Virus record (IMG/VR): IMGVR_UViG_3300027859_000890
Location: 70,167-134,166 of that record
Strand: one strand, 5' to 3'
From: a virus
DNA length: 64,000 nt
The position numbers and the translations under genes are program-made. Of this stretch, positions 1 to 9,302 are shown in pieces (position 1 is the first letter of the stretch; the number at the start of each line of letters is the position of its first letter). The notes beneath the pieces were generated by a model. The model searched no databases. It was not told where the DNA came from and was given only the letters and a program-made list of their open reading frames with translations.

Positions 1-1
1 T

Positions 2-406
2 TTAGATTTTAACTATGTTATTTCAGCACACAATTTACATAACATTGTAGATTGGGTGAAATGGATACACAGTTTTGATACTGAATTTAGATTAGCGTGG
101 AGCGATGTCTATCCAGTTTATAGAGGTATACATATTGGGCACCTACCTACAAAAATACTCAAACCAGTGTATGACGAAATTGAAGCACAAGACTGGGGAT
201 GGAGAGAACAAAAAGATTCTGTGTTGAAATTTATAAAACTTGCTATGGATCAGCCTTTTACAAAAGAAGGTGCTATGAAATTGTATAGAGAAACTGAAAT
301 TTTTGATATGTCAAGAAATCAATCCTATAAAAATTTTCTGTATCATCCAATGGTAGAATATCTCACATCAGTAAAGCAGAAATATTTGACAAAAATCAAA
401 AAATAA
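2..406 (+). CDS. C-terminal part of a radical SAM protein (starts before the window)
   Basis: Frame is open from base 2 (LDFNYVISAHNLHNIVDW...). It resembles the 'TISALNVVDL...D..R' C-terminal region of the radical SAM paralogs at 11-19 kb. Confidence 0.6.
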   Translation, partial: LDFNYVISAHNLHNIVDWVKWIHSFDTEFRLAWSDVYPVYRGIHIGHLPTKILKPVYDEIEAQDWGWREQKDSVLKFIKLAMDQPFTKEGAMKLYRETEIFDMSRNQSYKNFLYHPMVEYLTSVKQKYLTKIKK

Positions 407-414
407 TGTAAAAT
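386..414 (+). promoter_or_regulatory. sigma70-type promoter for clpP
   Basis: TTGACA(386-391), 17-nt spacer, TAAAAT(409-414); AAGGAG SD before ATG 433. Confidence 0.7.
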
Positions 415-432
415 AATAAAAAAGGAGAGCAA

Positions 433-1050
433 ATGCCACTAGTACCTATTGTTGTAGAAAGTGAATCTAAAGGTGAACGCAGTTATGACATTTATAGTAG
501 ACTGCTGAAAGACCGAATTATTATGATGCAAGGTGTTGTTGAGGACACAATGGCAAATCTTATTGTAGCACAAATGCTATTTTTAGAAAGTCAAAATCAA
601 AATAAAGCAATCAAGTTGTATGTAAACAGCCCAGGTGGCAGCGTTACATCAGGACTTGCAATTTATGACACAATGCAATTTGTAAAGACACCTGTGCATA
701 CAATGGTAATGGGTCAAGCCGCAAGTATGGGTAGTTTCTTAGCACAAGCAGGTGAACCAGGACATCGTTATGTCTTACCAGAATCACGCACAATGATTCA
801 TAGGGTAAGTTCAGGCACAAGAGGCACGAGCGGTAGTGTACACGTACAAGAGCTTGAGTTTGAAGATGCACGTAGACATTTTGAAGAAAGCAAACGATTA
901 AACAAACGTCTTACTGAATTATATGTGCGTCATAATACGGCTGAAAAGACATATGAAGAATTATTTGAAACAATGAAATTTGATACTTTTTTAAGTGCAG
1001 AAGAGGCAGTAGAAAATGGACTCGCAGACAAAGTCATCGAAAGTCGCTGA
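433..1050 (+). CDS. clpP: ATP-dependent Clp protease proteolytic subunit
   Basis: [30 protein letters not shown] (Ser), MIH (His), [16 protein letters not shown] (Asp). Confidence 0.95.
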   Translation: MPLVPIVVESESKGERSYDIYSRLLKDRIIMMQGVVEDTMANLIVAQMLFLESQNQNKAIKLYVNSPGGSVTSGLAIYDTMQFVKTPVHTMVMGQAASMGSFLAQAGEPGHRYVLPESRTMIHRVSSGTRGTSGSVHVQELEFEDARRHFEESKRLNKRLTELYVRHNTAEKTYEELFETMKFDTFLSAEEAVENGLADKVIESR

Positions 1051-1375
1051 TACAGTAGCGGCACTCAAAGGTATTCCTACTAGAGAAGAATTAGTAGAAA
1101 CATTGGGTAAAGAAATAGTTGATGTAACATTTAAGAAGCTAAGTGGTGATGAACGTAAAATGAAATGCACACTTATTCCTAGTATGTTACCACCTGCACA
1201 ACGTGACGATAAACTAAGCCAAACTAAAATACGTAACTTAGAAGAAAAAACCATTGTTGTATGGGCTATAGATATTGAGCCTAGTGCTTGGCGTAGCTTC
1301 CGTTATGATAGAGTTACAGCAGTTGAAATTGATAAGTACTATGGTAACGGAACAGAGGACACAGCAAACTATTGA
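1016..1375 (+). CDS. phage WYL-like/SH3-fold protein
   Basis: VTFKK..G.ER.M.CT ... WRSFRYD motif typical of T4-like phage DUF2693/WYL-like proteins. Confidence 0.65.
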   Translation: MDSQTKSSKVADTVAALKGIPTREELVETLGKEIVDVTFKKLSGDERKMKCTLIPSMLPPAQRDDKLSQTKIRNLEEKTIVVWAIDIEPSAWRSFRYDRVTAVEIDKYYGNGTEDTANY

Positions 1376-1911
1376 TACTTACAACCAAATTAAATTTTGA
1401 TCTTAGCACCTTCTTAAACGCAGATTATGAACAACACAAAGGTAGTTGTATCAGTTATCAGGTGCGTGAACAAGAAGATATTCACAAAACTTTTGGCGGC
1501 TTTCCAGATAGCTACAGTGAAGACAATACTAAGATACAGCAACTATGGTTTGATGACGGTGATGTTGATTATGCTAGTTTAGGCGAAAAATTAAATATAG
1601 ATATAGTCACTGTAAGCAGTATTTTGCAACCACCAGGTAACACAATTACAATGCATAGAGATACATTTTTTAAAATAAAAAATATGTATCCAGATGATAC
1701 TAGGAAAAAAGTACGTGCAAACATCTATTTAGAAGATTGGCAGCCAGGACATATAATACATTATCAAGACACATATAAAGAATGGCAATCAAGCACACAT
1801 TGGCACGCCGGTGAAGGATTTATTTGGGATAGTGATCATTTACACCTAAGTGCAAATGCAGGATTGAAGCCTAAATATACGCTACAAATTTCAGGATTTT
1901 GGAAAATATAG
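1372..1911 (+). CDS. 2OG-Fe(II) oxygenase-like (cupin) protein
   Basis: PPG...HRD (HxD), distal His in HLSANAG, then KYTLQISG. Confidence 0.75.
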   Translation: MILTTKLNFDLSTFLNADYEQHKGSCISYQVREQEDIHKTFGGFPDSYSEDNTKIQQLWFDDGDVDYASLGEKLNIDIVTVSSILQPPGNTITMHRDTFFKIKNMYPDDTRKKVRANIYLEDWQPGHIIHYQDTYKEWQSSTHWHAGEGFIWDSDHLHLSANAGLKPKYTLQISGFWKI

Positions 1912-1912
1912 G

Positions 1913-1941
1913 TTGACAATTATTTGTTAATTTGCTATAAA
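1913..1941 (+). promoter_or_regulatory. sigma70-type promoter
   Basis: TTGACA(1913-1918), 17-nt spacer, TATAAA(1936-1941) with TG extension. Confidence 0.6.
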
Positions 1942-1970
1942 AAAGCATAGGCAATTAAGAAAGGCTTGAA

Positions 1971-2216
1971 ATGTATAAACTATATAAAGCAACAGTGCCA
2001 GCGGCACGTAATCACGTTAAGTGTAAATATCCTTTTCCTGATATGAAAGTAGGACAGGCATTTAATGTTCCCGGCAATGATCCTGCCGCAAAACGCAACA
2101 ACAGTGGAGGCAGTGCAATTTTAAGTGCTGTTTATAGCTGGCAACGTAGAAATGGTGGACAGTTTGCCACTCGGCGTAATCCTGATGACAGTATATCAGT
2201 TTATCGTGTTAAATAA
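1971..2216 (+). CDS. small phage protein, putative DNA-binding
   Basis: KYPF.DM.VG.AF and F.TR....I.VYRV pattern seen in small phage proteins. Confidence 0.55.
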   Translation: MYKLYKATVPAARNHVKCKYPFPDMKVGQAFNVPGNDPAAKRNNSGGSAILSAVYSWQRRNGGQFATRRNPDDSISVYRVK

Positions 2217-2242
2217 ATATAAGCACACAGAGAGAGGCTAAT

Positions 2243-2746
2243 ATGAAAAAACTATTAATTACAACAGCAATTTTAGCAACTACAGCAACGAGCGCAGTTG
2301 CTGACACAGTATACGCACGTATTACAGGTGTTGAACCAAGATACGAAACACGTATACAAAACACACCAACCACACAATGTCAAGACGTACAAGTTCCTAT
2401 TTACGGACAAACACAAGGCAGCGGTGCTAGTGGTGGAGATGTATTAGGCGGTATGATTTTAGGTGGCTTGCTAGGTAAAGGTGTAGCAGGTGACGACAAA
2501 GGTGCGGCAATAGGTGCAATTTTAGGCGGCGTAGTTGCAGCCGACAATAAAAAATCTAAAAAAGTTGTAACTGGTTATCGTACAGAACGTCAATGTACAG
2601 AAGTAATGGCAAGACAGCAAGTTACAGTTGTAAAAGATTTTGTTATTCATTTTGAATGGCAAGGACATAGAGGTAAAGCATATACCTTCAACGATTATCG
2701 TATTGGCGATCAAATACCAGTAGAAGTATCACTAAGAGCAAAGTAA
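2243..2746 (+). CDS. glycine-zipper outer-membrane/periplasmic protein
   Basis: Signal peptide, GGMILGGLLG...GAAIGAILGG zipper, paired Cys; YcfJ-like layout. Confidence 0.75.
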   Translation: MKKLLITTAILATTATSAVADTVYARITGVEPRYETRIQNTPTTQCQDVQVPIYGQTQGSGASGGDVLGGMILGGLLGKGVAGDDKGAAIGAILGGVVAADNKKSKKVVTGYRTERQCTEVMARQQVTVVKDFVIHFEWQGHRGKAYTFNDYRIGDQIPVEVSLRAK

Positions 2747-2946
2747 TGGCTAGTCAAGAAATTTTTACACTACTATATGATATTATAGACAGACTTGAAC
2801 GAATTGAAGAAAAGCTAGACTTTGATTTAGATAACTTACCTGATGATATTGACGAAACATTTGATCGTGTTTTCGAAGATGTTAAGAAACCAAAGCTAAG
2901 TATTGTTCGTACAGATAACGTAGTAGAGTTTGATAAGAATGATTGA
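2746..2946 (+). CDS. hypothetical protein
   Basis: Coupled ORF (TAATG). Confidence 0.6.
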   Translation: MASQEIFTLLYDIIDRLERIEEKLDFDLDNLPDDIDETFDRVFEDVKKPKLSIVRTDNVVEFDKND

Positions 2947-3148
2947 TATTTTAGACATAACCCCAGGCGAAACTTATGCCTGCAAATATAAGTTAGGCGA
3001 GGACAAAGAAGAAAAGTTTGGACTAATTTTACTACGTGATGTAGATCAAAAATTAGTTAAACTTCAGGATTTGTCCTCGTCAGAACAATTTGTTGTTTCA
3101 TTTAATGACATTTGGGACGTTGATGAAGTGGAATGGGTTGATGGCTAA
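2930..3148 (+). CDS. hypothetical protein (likely start ATG 2939)
   Basis: Overlapping ORF in operon. Confidence 0.6.
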   Translation: MIRMIDILDITPGETYACKYKLGEDKEEKFGLILLRDVDQKLVKLQDLSSSEQFVVSFNDIWDVDEVEWVDG

Positions 3149-4611
3149 TGCATTGCTTAATTTTGAGCAATGCTGTTCAACGCTCTCACGGTGGACATAG
3201 AATTGCAAGCCATTTAAGATATTTAGGTTGGGATTGCGAAGTCCTTGACTATTGTCAAATCCTTGATAAAGAAACTATATTAGAGTTTCTAAGACAACGT
3301 ATCAATAAACAAACAAAATTTATAGGCTTTAGCCACATATTCTTATGGTGGCGTAAAGAATTTAAAGAAATTATGTCTTGGGTTAAAAATAATCACCCAG
3401 ACATAATGATAATAAGTGGCGCACAAAACTTCTATACAAAACAGAGCCAGCCGTTGGTTGATTATAACTTTGCAGGATATTCAGAATGGCAACTAGAAAA
3501 GTTTCTAAAATGGAAATTTAGTAACGGTAATCCTATTGAATTAGTTAACGGCAATATAATTAATTGCCACAGTGATGGCGGGGCGGCACCTATGCGTGAT
3601 CCTTTCATAAGATATCAAAAAAGAGATTATTTAATGCCCTGGGAAATGGTAGGTATGGAATTTGCACGTGGTTGTAAATTTGCTTGTGCGTTTTGCGACT
3701 TACCTAATTTGGGAGTAAAAGGTGATTACACTAGAGATGTTAAAAGTGTTGAAGAATATCTGAAATATAATTATGATAACTTTGGTGTACACAAATATTT
3801 GTGTAGTGATGAAACATTCAACGATGCAACAGCAAAAATACAAAAATATGCTGAGGTAGTGCAAAAGCTAGATTTTACACCGTACTTTGTTGGATACATA
3901 AGACTTGATTTGTGGATTGCTAGACCACAAGATAGAGAATTTTTGGAAGCAATGAACTTTGTAGGACAATTCTATGGCATAGAAAGTTTTAATCACGATA
4001 CAAGAAAAGCAGTAAAAAAAGGTATGCATCCTGATAAAATAAAACAGGGGTTGCTTGATGTTCTAGATTTTTATAAAGGTAAATTATATAGAGGTACTGT
4101 TAGCTTAATAGCAGGTTTACCACACGAAACATTACAAACTTTATACGAAACAAAGCAATGGATATTAAAAAATTGGATGCCTCAAAATGTCTATGTTAAC
4201 GCATATCATATTGCTCCCCAACAGGATTCAGTAAAAATAAGTCATATTGATAACAATCTAACAAAATATGGTTATGAAGACACAGGATTACCTTCTCCGC
4301 ACGAAAAACTTCAACTAGTTGGTAATAACATTGCAATGGGTACAGGACAAGATGCTTATCCACACGTAGTTTGGAAAAACAAACATATGACCTATGTACA
4401 GGCAAATAATTTTGCAGCCAGATTTCATCACTCAAACATAGCAAGCGGAATGAAAACTAGTGCGTGGTTGAATCCTGGTCAAGTTGTAACAAACAAACCT
4501 CTTAAAGAATTATTTGATGCACCTCAAGGTAGAATTGTAGGTTGGTATAATCCTTTAAAGAAAGAGTTTCTTCCTAAATATATAGAAAAAAAGTTAGGAC
4601 AATCATTCTAA
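3148..4611 (+). CDS. cobalamin-binding-domain radical SAM protein
   Basis: N-terminal B12-binding-like domain, ARGCKFACAFC (CxxxCxxC), DETFN, GIESF, GLPHET. Confidence 0.85.
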   Translation: MHCLILSNAVQRSHGGHRIASHLRYLGWDCEVLDYCQILDKETILEFLRQRINKQTKFIGFSHIFLWWRKEFKEIMSWVKNNHPDIMIISGAQNFYTKQSQPLVDYNFAGYSEWQLEKFLKWKFSNGNPIELVNGNIINCHSDGGAAPMRDPFIRYQKRDYLMPWEMVGMEFARGCKFACAFCDLPNLGVKGDYTRDVKSVEEYLKYNYDNFGVHKYLCSDETFNDATAKIQKYAEVVQKLDFTPYFVGYIRLDLWIARPQDREFLEAMNFVGQFYGIESFNHDTRKAVKKGMHPDKIKQGLLDVLDFYKGKLYRGTVSLIAGLPHETLQTLYETKQWILKNWMPQNVYVNAYHIAPQQDSVKISHIDNNLTKYGYEDTGLPSPHEKLQLVGNNIAMGTGQDAYPHVVWKNKHMTYVQANNFAARFHHSNIASGMKTSAWLNPGQVVTNKPLKELFDAPQGRIVGWYNPLKKEFLPKYIEKKLGQSF

Positions 4612-4617
4612 ATAAGG

Positions 4618-4646
4618 TTGACTTGCATTGTAAAGTAATGTAAATT
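4618..4646 (+). promoter_or_regulatory. sigma70-type promoter
   Basis: TTGACT, 17-nt spacer, TAAATT; AGGAG SD downstream. Confidence 0.55.
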
Positions 4647-4667
4647 GTTTATGTAGGAGTAAGCAAT

Positions 4668-4853
4668 ATGGACTTTATGAAATTTTACAGTGTTGAAGGC
4701 ACATTTACACAGCCATACAAAACACACGGCACACTTTGGGAAGCAATTCAAACGAATGCAATATGTGACGAAATGGAGTTTCTTGAAACACAGTTGCGTA
4801 CTACTTCGTTAGCATCAAAGATGCTGGATGATATTGGAGTAAAAACAAAATGA
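4668..4853 (+). CDS. hypothetical protein
   Basis: SD AGGAG and intact ORF. Confidence 0.6.
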   Translation: MDFMKFYSVEGTFTQPYKTHGTLWEAIQTNAICDEMEFLETQLRTTSLASKMLDDIGVKTK

Positions 4854-5041
4854 TGGTAATTGGATATAAACCAAATGCAAACTTTGTAGAAGCAAGAAAT
4901 GTAATCAAGAAGCATACAAATTTTAGCATTAGTGACGTGAAACAAATAGTTGATCATATTCGTGAAGGCAATGGCGTAAACTTACCGGATGATTTTGTTT
5001 TACGAGAAGACTTAGAAGACTTGAATTTTACGCTTGACTAA
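4850..5041 (+). CDS. small protein resembling the ribosomal bL12 C-terminal/ClpS-like fold
   Basis: VEARNVIKKHTNFSISDVKQIVD resembles the bL12 'VIK.VR..TGL.L.EAK.LV' helix pair. Confidence 0.4.
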   Translation: MMVIGYKPNANFVEARNVIKKHTNFSISDVKQIVDHIREGNGVNLPDDFVLREDLEDLNFTLD

Positions 5042-5050
5042 ATAGGTTGT

Positions 5051-5141
5051 GGATGGGTGGCTGAGTGGTCGAAAGCGGCTCCCTGCTAAGGAGTTGAACG
5101 TGTAAAGCGTTCCCAGGGTTCGAATCCCTGTCCGTCCGCCA
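5051..5141 (+). tRNA. tRNA-Ser(GCT)
   Basis: GGATGGG/TCCGTCC acceptor stem, CT-GCT-AA loop, long variable arm, GTTCGAATC, encoded CCA. Confidence 0.95.
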
Positions 5142-5146
5142 TATGT

Positions 5147-5221
5147 GGCCCGTTCGTCTATCGGTTAGGACGCAAGGTTTTCAACCTTGAAAGAGGAGTT
5201 CGATTCTCCTACGGGCTACCA
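5147..5221 (+). tRNA. tRNA-Glu(TTC)
   Basis: GGCCCGT/ACGGGCT acceptor, CAAGG-TTTTCAA-CCTTG anticodon arm, TTCGATT, CCA. Confidence 0.93.
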
Positions 5222-5225
5222 CAAT

Positions 5226-5310
5226 GCAGGTGCGATACAGTTGGAGAGGTATGCTGGTCTCCAAAACCAGTGCGTAAGCTGAGCGAGTTCGAATCTCGCC
5301 ACCTGTGCCA
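5226..5310 (+). tRNA. tRNA-Trp(CCA) with atypical long variable region
   Basis: GCAGGTG/CACCTGT acceptor, CTGGT-CTCCAAA-ACCAG anticodon arm, 12-nt variable region, TTCGAAT, G73, CCA. Confidence 0.85.
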
Positions 5311-5313
5311 AAT

Positions 5314-5386
5314 GCGGAATTTCTCCTGGGAGAGGACTCAGCCTTCCAAGCTGATGGAATCGGTTCGAATCCGGTATTCCGCTCCA
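5314..5386 (+). tRNA. tRNA-Gly(TCC)
   Basis: GCGGAAT/ATTCCGC acceptor, TCAGC-CTTCCAA-GCTGA anticodon arm, U73, CCA; short atypical D-loop. Confidence 0.9.
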
Positions 5387-5390
5387 TTAA

Positions 5391-5467
5391 GTGGGTGTGT
5401 CCGGAATTGGTTACGGACCGGATTGCAAATCCGTGTTATGCTGGTTCGAGTCCAGTCACCCACTCCA
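5391..5467 (+). tRNA. tRNA-Cys(GCA)
   Basis: GTGGGTG/CACCCAC acceptor, CGGA-TTGCAAA-TCCG anticodon arm, U73, CCA. Confidence 0.92.
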
Positions 5468-5476
5468 GCACTGATG

Positions 5477-5484
5477 TATAAATA
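5477..5484 (+). promoter_or_regulatory. T4-like late promoter
   Basis: TATAAATA, with 5 nt before ATG 5490. Confidence 0.6.
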
Positions 5485-5489
5485 TCTTT

Positions 5490-5717
5490 ATGTATACAGT
5501 AGAGTTTGAACACGATGAGGTTTGCATAACTGTTATGGACGACACCGGTACCCACGGTGATATTAAAGTGCGGGCATACGAAGACGCAGTCTATATAACC
5601 CAAGATGATGAAGAACTAGATGTGGAGTTTATTTTAGAAATGAATCCACAAATGTGGGATGAACTTATTTCTGCTATACATTCGCCTGAGGGCTGTTTCA
5701 GAATAAAGAGAAAGTAA
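5490..5717 (+). CDS. hypothetical acidic protein
   Basis: ORF directly after TATAAATA. Confidence 0.65.
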   Translation: MYTVEFEHDEVCITVMDDTGTHGDIKVRAYEDAVYITQDDEELDVEFILEMNPQMWDELISAIHSPEGCFRIKRK

Positions 5718-5875
5718 TGTTCAAAGCCGTTAAAGAAACTATTTGGCATCTAACTTGTGGTAAATGTAAAAACTGGTTCACCTATGCAACTATGGAAAGA
5801 ATGTGTATTGATAGATATACTTTTCATTGTCCGCATTGTGGACACAAGGGTGGTTGTGAAATAGAAAAAGATTGA
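5717..5875 (+). CDS. small zinc-ribbon protein (52 aa, not in ORF track)
   Basis: MFKAVKETIWHLTCGKCKNWF...FHCPHCGHKG; two CxxC motifs; TAATG coupling. Confidence 0.7.
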   Translation: MFKAVKETIWHLTCGKCKNWFTYATMERMCIDRYTFHCPHCGHKGGCEIEKD

Positions 5876-5917
5876 CATAATAAGTTCTTTATGTTATATT
5901 TTTTAATGCGATAAATA
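5872..5917 (+). promoter_or_regulatory. tandem sigma70-type and late-type promoters
   Basis: TTGACA(5872), 17-nt spacer, TATATT(5895); GATAAATA(5910-5917); AGGAG SD. Confidence 0.55.
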
Positions 5918-5934
5918 CTCTATAATAGGAGAAA

Positions 5935-6681
5935 ATGATGGGCGGCAGAGTATTTGATGGTACTAGTGATTTTGATCACAATGCTATAGAAGAACTTTTG
6001 GATCTAGTCAATAATAAGATTCTCAAAGGCACAGGAATTGAATGTATTCCTGTGGGCAGTGCCGCAACACCTACACCAGGTAAACGTTCTGGTGATTTAG
6101 ATGTTATTGTTGATGCTAATGCTGTGATAAGCTATTTTAAAAGCACAAATGTAAAAGAAGCAAAACAAGCATTGAGTGATTATATTACCCAAAGAGGTTT
6201 CAATACAAAAGTTATAGGTACAAATGTACACGTACAAATGCCACTTGGCGGCGAAAGTCATCAATTAGATATAATGGTGGTTGATGATGCAGCCGTTGTA
6301 AGTAAATTCCATAAACACGATATTCCACAAGGTTCTAAGTATAAAGGTATACACAAGCAACTTGCTATCGCAAAACTTGCAAAAGCCAAAGGTATGTTGT
6401 GGAGTGCTTGGAAAGGTTTATTTTACCGCACAGAACAAAATAAAGCAGGCGAATTTATTTCTAACGATCTAAATGATATTGCAAAAGCATTGTTAGGAGA
6501 TGCTGCCAATGCTAACGATCTTGGTAGTTTAGAAACAATAATGGCAAAGTTGCCACCACAAGAAGCAGATGCATTAATGGCAGAACTAGAACAAGATCGT
6601 AACTGGAAAACAGAATCATTAGAGTTGAATAGAATTAAACAACTAGCAGGATTAAGTTTGAACAGTGTGAGAATGCTATGA
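5935..6681 (+). CDS. Pol-beta-superfamily nucleotidyltransferase
   Basis: GS.........SGDLDV motif, third Asp in QLDIM; C-terminal ELNRIKQLAGL motif. Confidence 0.7.
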   Translation: MMGGRVFDGTSDFDHNAIEELLDLVNNKILKGTGIECIPVGSAATPTPGKRSGDLDVIVDANAVISYFKSTNVKEAKQALSDYITQRGFNTKVIGTNVHVQMPLGGESHQLDIMVVDDAAVVSKFHKHDIPQGSKYKGIHKQLAIAKLAKAKGMLWSAWKGLFYRTEQNKAGEFISNDLNDIAKALLGDAANANDLGSLETIMAKLPPQEADALMAELEQDRNWKTESLELNRIKQLAGLSLNSVRML

Positions 6682-7802
6682 GATATGCAGAGCTAATTGA
6701 AGCCAAACAACTTGGTAGAGCATTTAACCATTTAGAAGATCTAGTATTTTTCTATGGCAGTGCTGGAACAATTGAAGCTCTAGAACATTTGAAAGACTTT
6801 GCAACACAAGAAGGCAGCAACAGCATTCGTATGAAGTGGGATGGCAATCCGCAGATATATTGGGGTAGAGCAGAAAAAGGCGGTCCGCTTGTATTGGCAG
6901 GACATAATGCTTGGAGCAAAGGTGCTGCCGCTACAAGTGCAGAAGAAGTTGCAGACTTTATTATAAACAAATCAGGTAATCCTAAAACATCAGAAGAAGT
7001 TGCTGCTCGTAGAGAATTTGGCAATAAATTTGCAAGTTTATATGACGACTTTGATAAAGCAACACCAAGTGACTTTGTAGGTTATGTATATGCAGATGGT
7101 TTATTTTTGGATCAACCTACACAAGAGAATGGTGTATATACTTTTTGTCCAAATCCAAAAAGTGAAACTTGCTATCACGTCAAAGCAGACAGCGATTTAG
7201 GAAGACAGATTTCACAAGCAAATATAATGGTTGTTGGACACGCTTATTTTCCAGAGTTTGGTGCAGCAGATGCAACACAGGAACCTATGCAAGATTTTAG
7301 TGCGTTTAATGCCAATCCAAATGTTATTGTTTTAGGACCAGTTTACAATACAAAGCCAGTAAAAGTAAACACATCAGCAATAGATAAAGTAGAATCGTTT
7401 GTCAAAACACACGGACCTAAAATAGATGAATTTTTGGCTAGTGTACCTGGCCTAAGTGATCTAAAAAATATAATTTACACATATGTAAATCAAACAGCAA
7501 AAGCAAAACAATTAGACAGCCTAAGTGAACAGCATTTCTTCCAATGGTTAGAAAGCAGTAAAGTAAGCGCACCAAAACAGGCCAAAATAGGCGAACTAAA
7601 CCAACGTACAAAAGCAATAGGTGCTATATTCGAACTTGTGAAAATGATACAACGTATGAAAGATCAAATTATTGATCAAGTAGAAGGCGAACAAGGAGAC
7701 ATTTGGGACACTAATGGAGAAGGAAGAGTACGTTACGGGGGAATGGATAAACAATTTGGTAATGTTAAATTAGTACCAAGGAAAAGGTGGACACCGTCTT
7801 GA
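6678..7802 (+). CDS. ATP-dependent ligase/RNA-ligase-like nucleotidyltransferase (phage 'HLED' family)
   Basis: HLED, KWDG (motif I KxDG), EGRV (motif IV-like), VKLV (motif V-like). Confidence 0.65.
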   Translation: MRYAELIEAKQLGRAFNHLEDLVFFYGSAGTIEALEHLKDFATQEGSNSIRMKWDGNPQIYWGRAEKGGPLVLAGHNAWSKGAAATSAEEVADFIINKSGNPKTSEEVAARREFGNKFASLYDDFDKATPSDFVGYVYADGLFLDQPTQENGVYTFCPNPKSETCYHVKADSDLGRQISQANIMVVGHAYFPEFGAADATQEPMQDFSAFNANPNVIVLGPVYNTKPVKVNTSAIDKVESFVKTHGPKIDEFLASVPGLSDLKNIIYTYVNQTAKAKQLDSLSEQHFFQWLESSKVSAPKQAKIGELNQRTKAIGAIFELVKMIQRMKDQIIDQVEGEQGDIWDTNGEGRVRYGGMDKQFGNVKLVPRKRWTPS

Positions 7803-8326
7803 GATATAGAGAAATTATAAAAGAAGCAAGCTATAATAATTGGGACCATAAGGAAGCAGTTGATTACAGCAAATTTTTGGAACAAACATTTGGTGCTCCT
7901 GATGAAATGACTGACGAACAAACAGTTTGGCATAACATTGATGGATTCAAACGTGTAGTATGTAGAGATGAATATATCTTACACGGATCACCAGCACCGC
8001 ATTATGATTTTGTATACAGCTATGTTGATATGGAAGTGCCAGAAAGTTTATCAGACGAACTAGCAAAGTGCTCAGGTAGTATACTTATTGACCATTTGAA
8101 GAATGAAGTAGGCGCACGTTGTGGTAGCCTTACAGCAAATGCAACAACACTTAATTTTGTTATGGATGTAGTAGCAGGCAGAGCAGAACCAGAAAAAGAA
8201 GAATACGAAAAGCGTATACTTGGTATGAAAGACAAGTTTGAGCGTGGTATGAAATATACATTAGATTGGTGGCCTGATGAAGCAGGAGATGCGGATCCTG
8301 AAAATCCGTATTATGCTGAGGAATAA
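7799..8326 (+). CDS. hypothetical protein (likely TTG start, MRYREIIKEA)
   Basis: AGGTGG SD, TTGA overlap with upstream stop; in frame with track ORF 7787. Confidence 0.65.
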   Translation: MRYREIIKEASYNNWDHKEAVDYSKFLEQTFGAPDEMTDEQTVWHNIDGFKRVVCRDEYILHGSPAPHYDFVYSYVDMEVPESLSDELAKCSGSILIDHLKNEVGARCGSLTANATTLNFVMDVVAGRAEPEKEEYEKRILGMKDKFERGMKYTLDWWPDEAGDADPENPYYAEE

Positions 8327-8328
8327 CA

Positions 8329-9087
8329 ATGCAATTGCTTGAGTTGACAAATAAGTTTCAGCACTTGGATCCTAATATGTCTAGAGGATTGTACAGTCGC
8401 GGAGACAAAGAGGCAACTAAAGAACTACAAACGTGGTTGAATGATAACGGATATGATTCAGGCAAAGTAGATGGCATTTATGGTCCAGAAACCACTCAAG
8501 CAGTAAGAAACTTTCAAAGCGATGCTGGACTAAAAGTAGACGGCGATGCTGGTAGAGAAACTATTACTATGATAGTAAAAATTGATACAGGCGTTGAACC
8601 ATTACCAACAAAAATTCAAAGAGGTGTTGACCCTGATATCAAAAAACGTGCTAAAATAAGTGCGTGGAAAGCAACAGATGTTGTAAATTTACTTGGACAC
8701 TATGCACAAAAATATAGATTAAACAAAGATTTTGTTATGTCAATTGCACAAAAAGAAAGTAATATGGATCCTATGGCAATAGGTGATAAGAATCTTGAAC
8801 ATAAAGCATATGGCATAATGCAAGTACGTAAGCCAGCAATGGATGAAGTAAATAGTATATACGGTACTGACTATACTGAAGATGACTTAATGGAGTTTAA
8901 TCCACAAGCAATAGCAGAAGTTGGTGTTGGATATCTTGCAGCCGCAAGAGACAAATATGGAGCAAAAACATTTTTTGATGTAGCAGCCACTTACAATGGA
9001 GGTCCAGCAGGTCCTCGTAACCAGCGAGCTAGAAATTATGCGACGGATGTTTTACAAATAATGCAGGAAAGGTCTAGAAGCAGATGA
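8329..9087 (+). CDS. peptidoglycan-binding domain plus lytic transglycosylase (SLT)
   Basis: LQ.WL...GY..G.VDGIYGPET..AV..FQ..GL.VDG; KES, GIMQV and ATYNGG SLT motifs. Confidence 0.85.
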   Translation: MQLLELTNKFQHLDPNMSRGLYSRGDKEATKELQTWLNDNGYDSGKVDGIYGPETTQAVRNFQSDAGLKVDGDAGRETITMIVKIDTGVEPLPTKIQRGVDPDIKKRAKISAWKATDVVNLLGHYAQKYRLNKDFVMSIAQKESNMDPMAIGDKNLEHKAYGIMQVRKPAMDEVNSIYGTDYTEDDLMEFNPQAIAEVGVGYLAAARDKYGAKTFFDVAATYNGGPAGPRNQRARNYATDVLQIMQERSRSR

Positions 9088-9302
9088 ATATAACAGATAT
9101 GGTAGTATTAGTAATTAGTATGTGGGGACAAACAGAATTAGGCGAATGGGTATACATTGGCAATCAATATGTAAACCAAGAACCAATGACACTTGCTGAA
9201 TGCAGTGAATTAATTAGTCCTGACAAATGGGCAAAGTATCAAGAAAATCAGTTTTACAAAATTGAATTGGCTTGCTATTATGCAGGAGAACCTAAAGAAT
9301 GA
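9084..9302 (+). CDS. hypothetical protein
   Basis: Coupled ORF (ATGA). Confidence 0.6.
   Translation: MNITDMVVLVISMWGQTELGEWVYIGNQYVNQEPMTLAECSELISPDKWAKYQENQFYKIELACYYAGEPKE

Noticed and set aside
5181-5509. ORFs 5181-5387(-) and 5270-5509(+)
   Set aside because: They overlap well-formed tRNA genes and are shadow ORFs.
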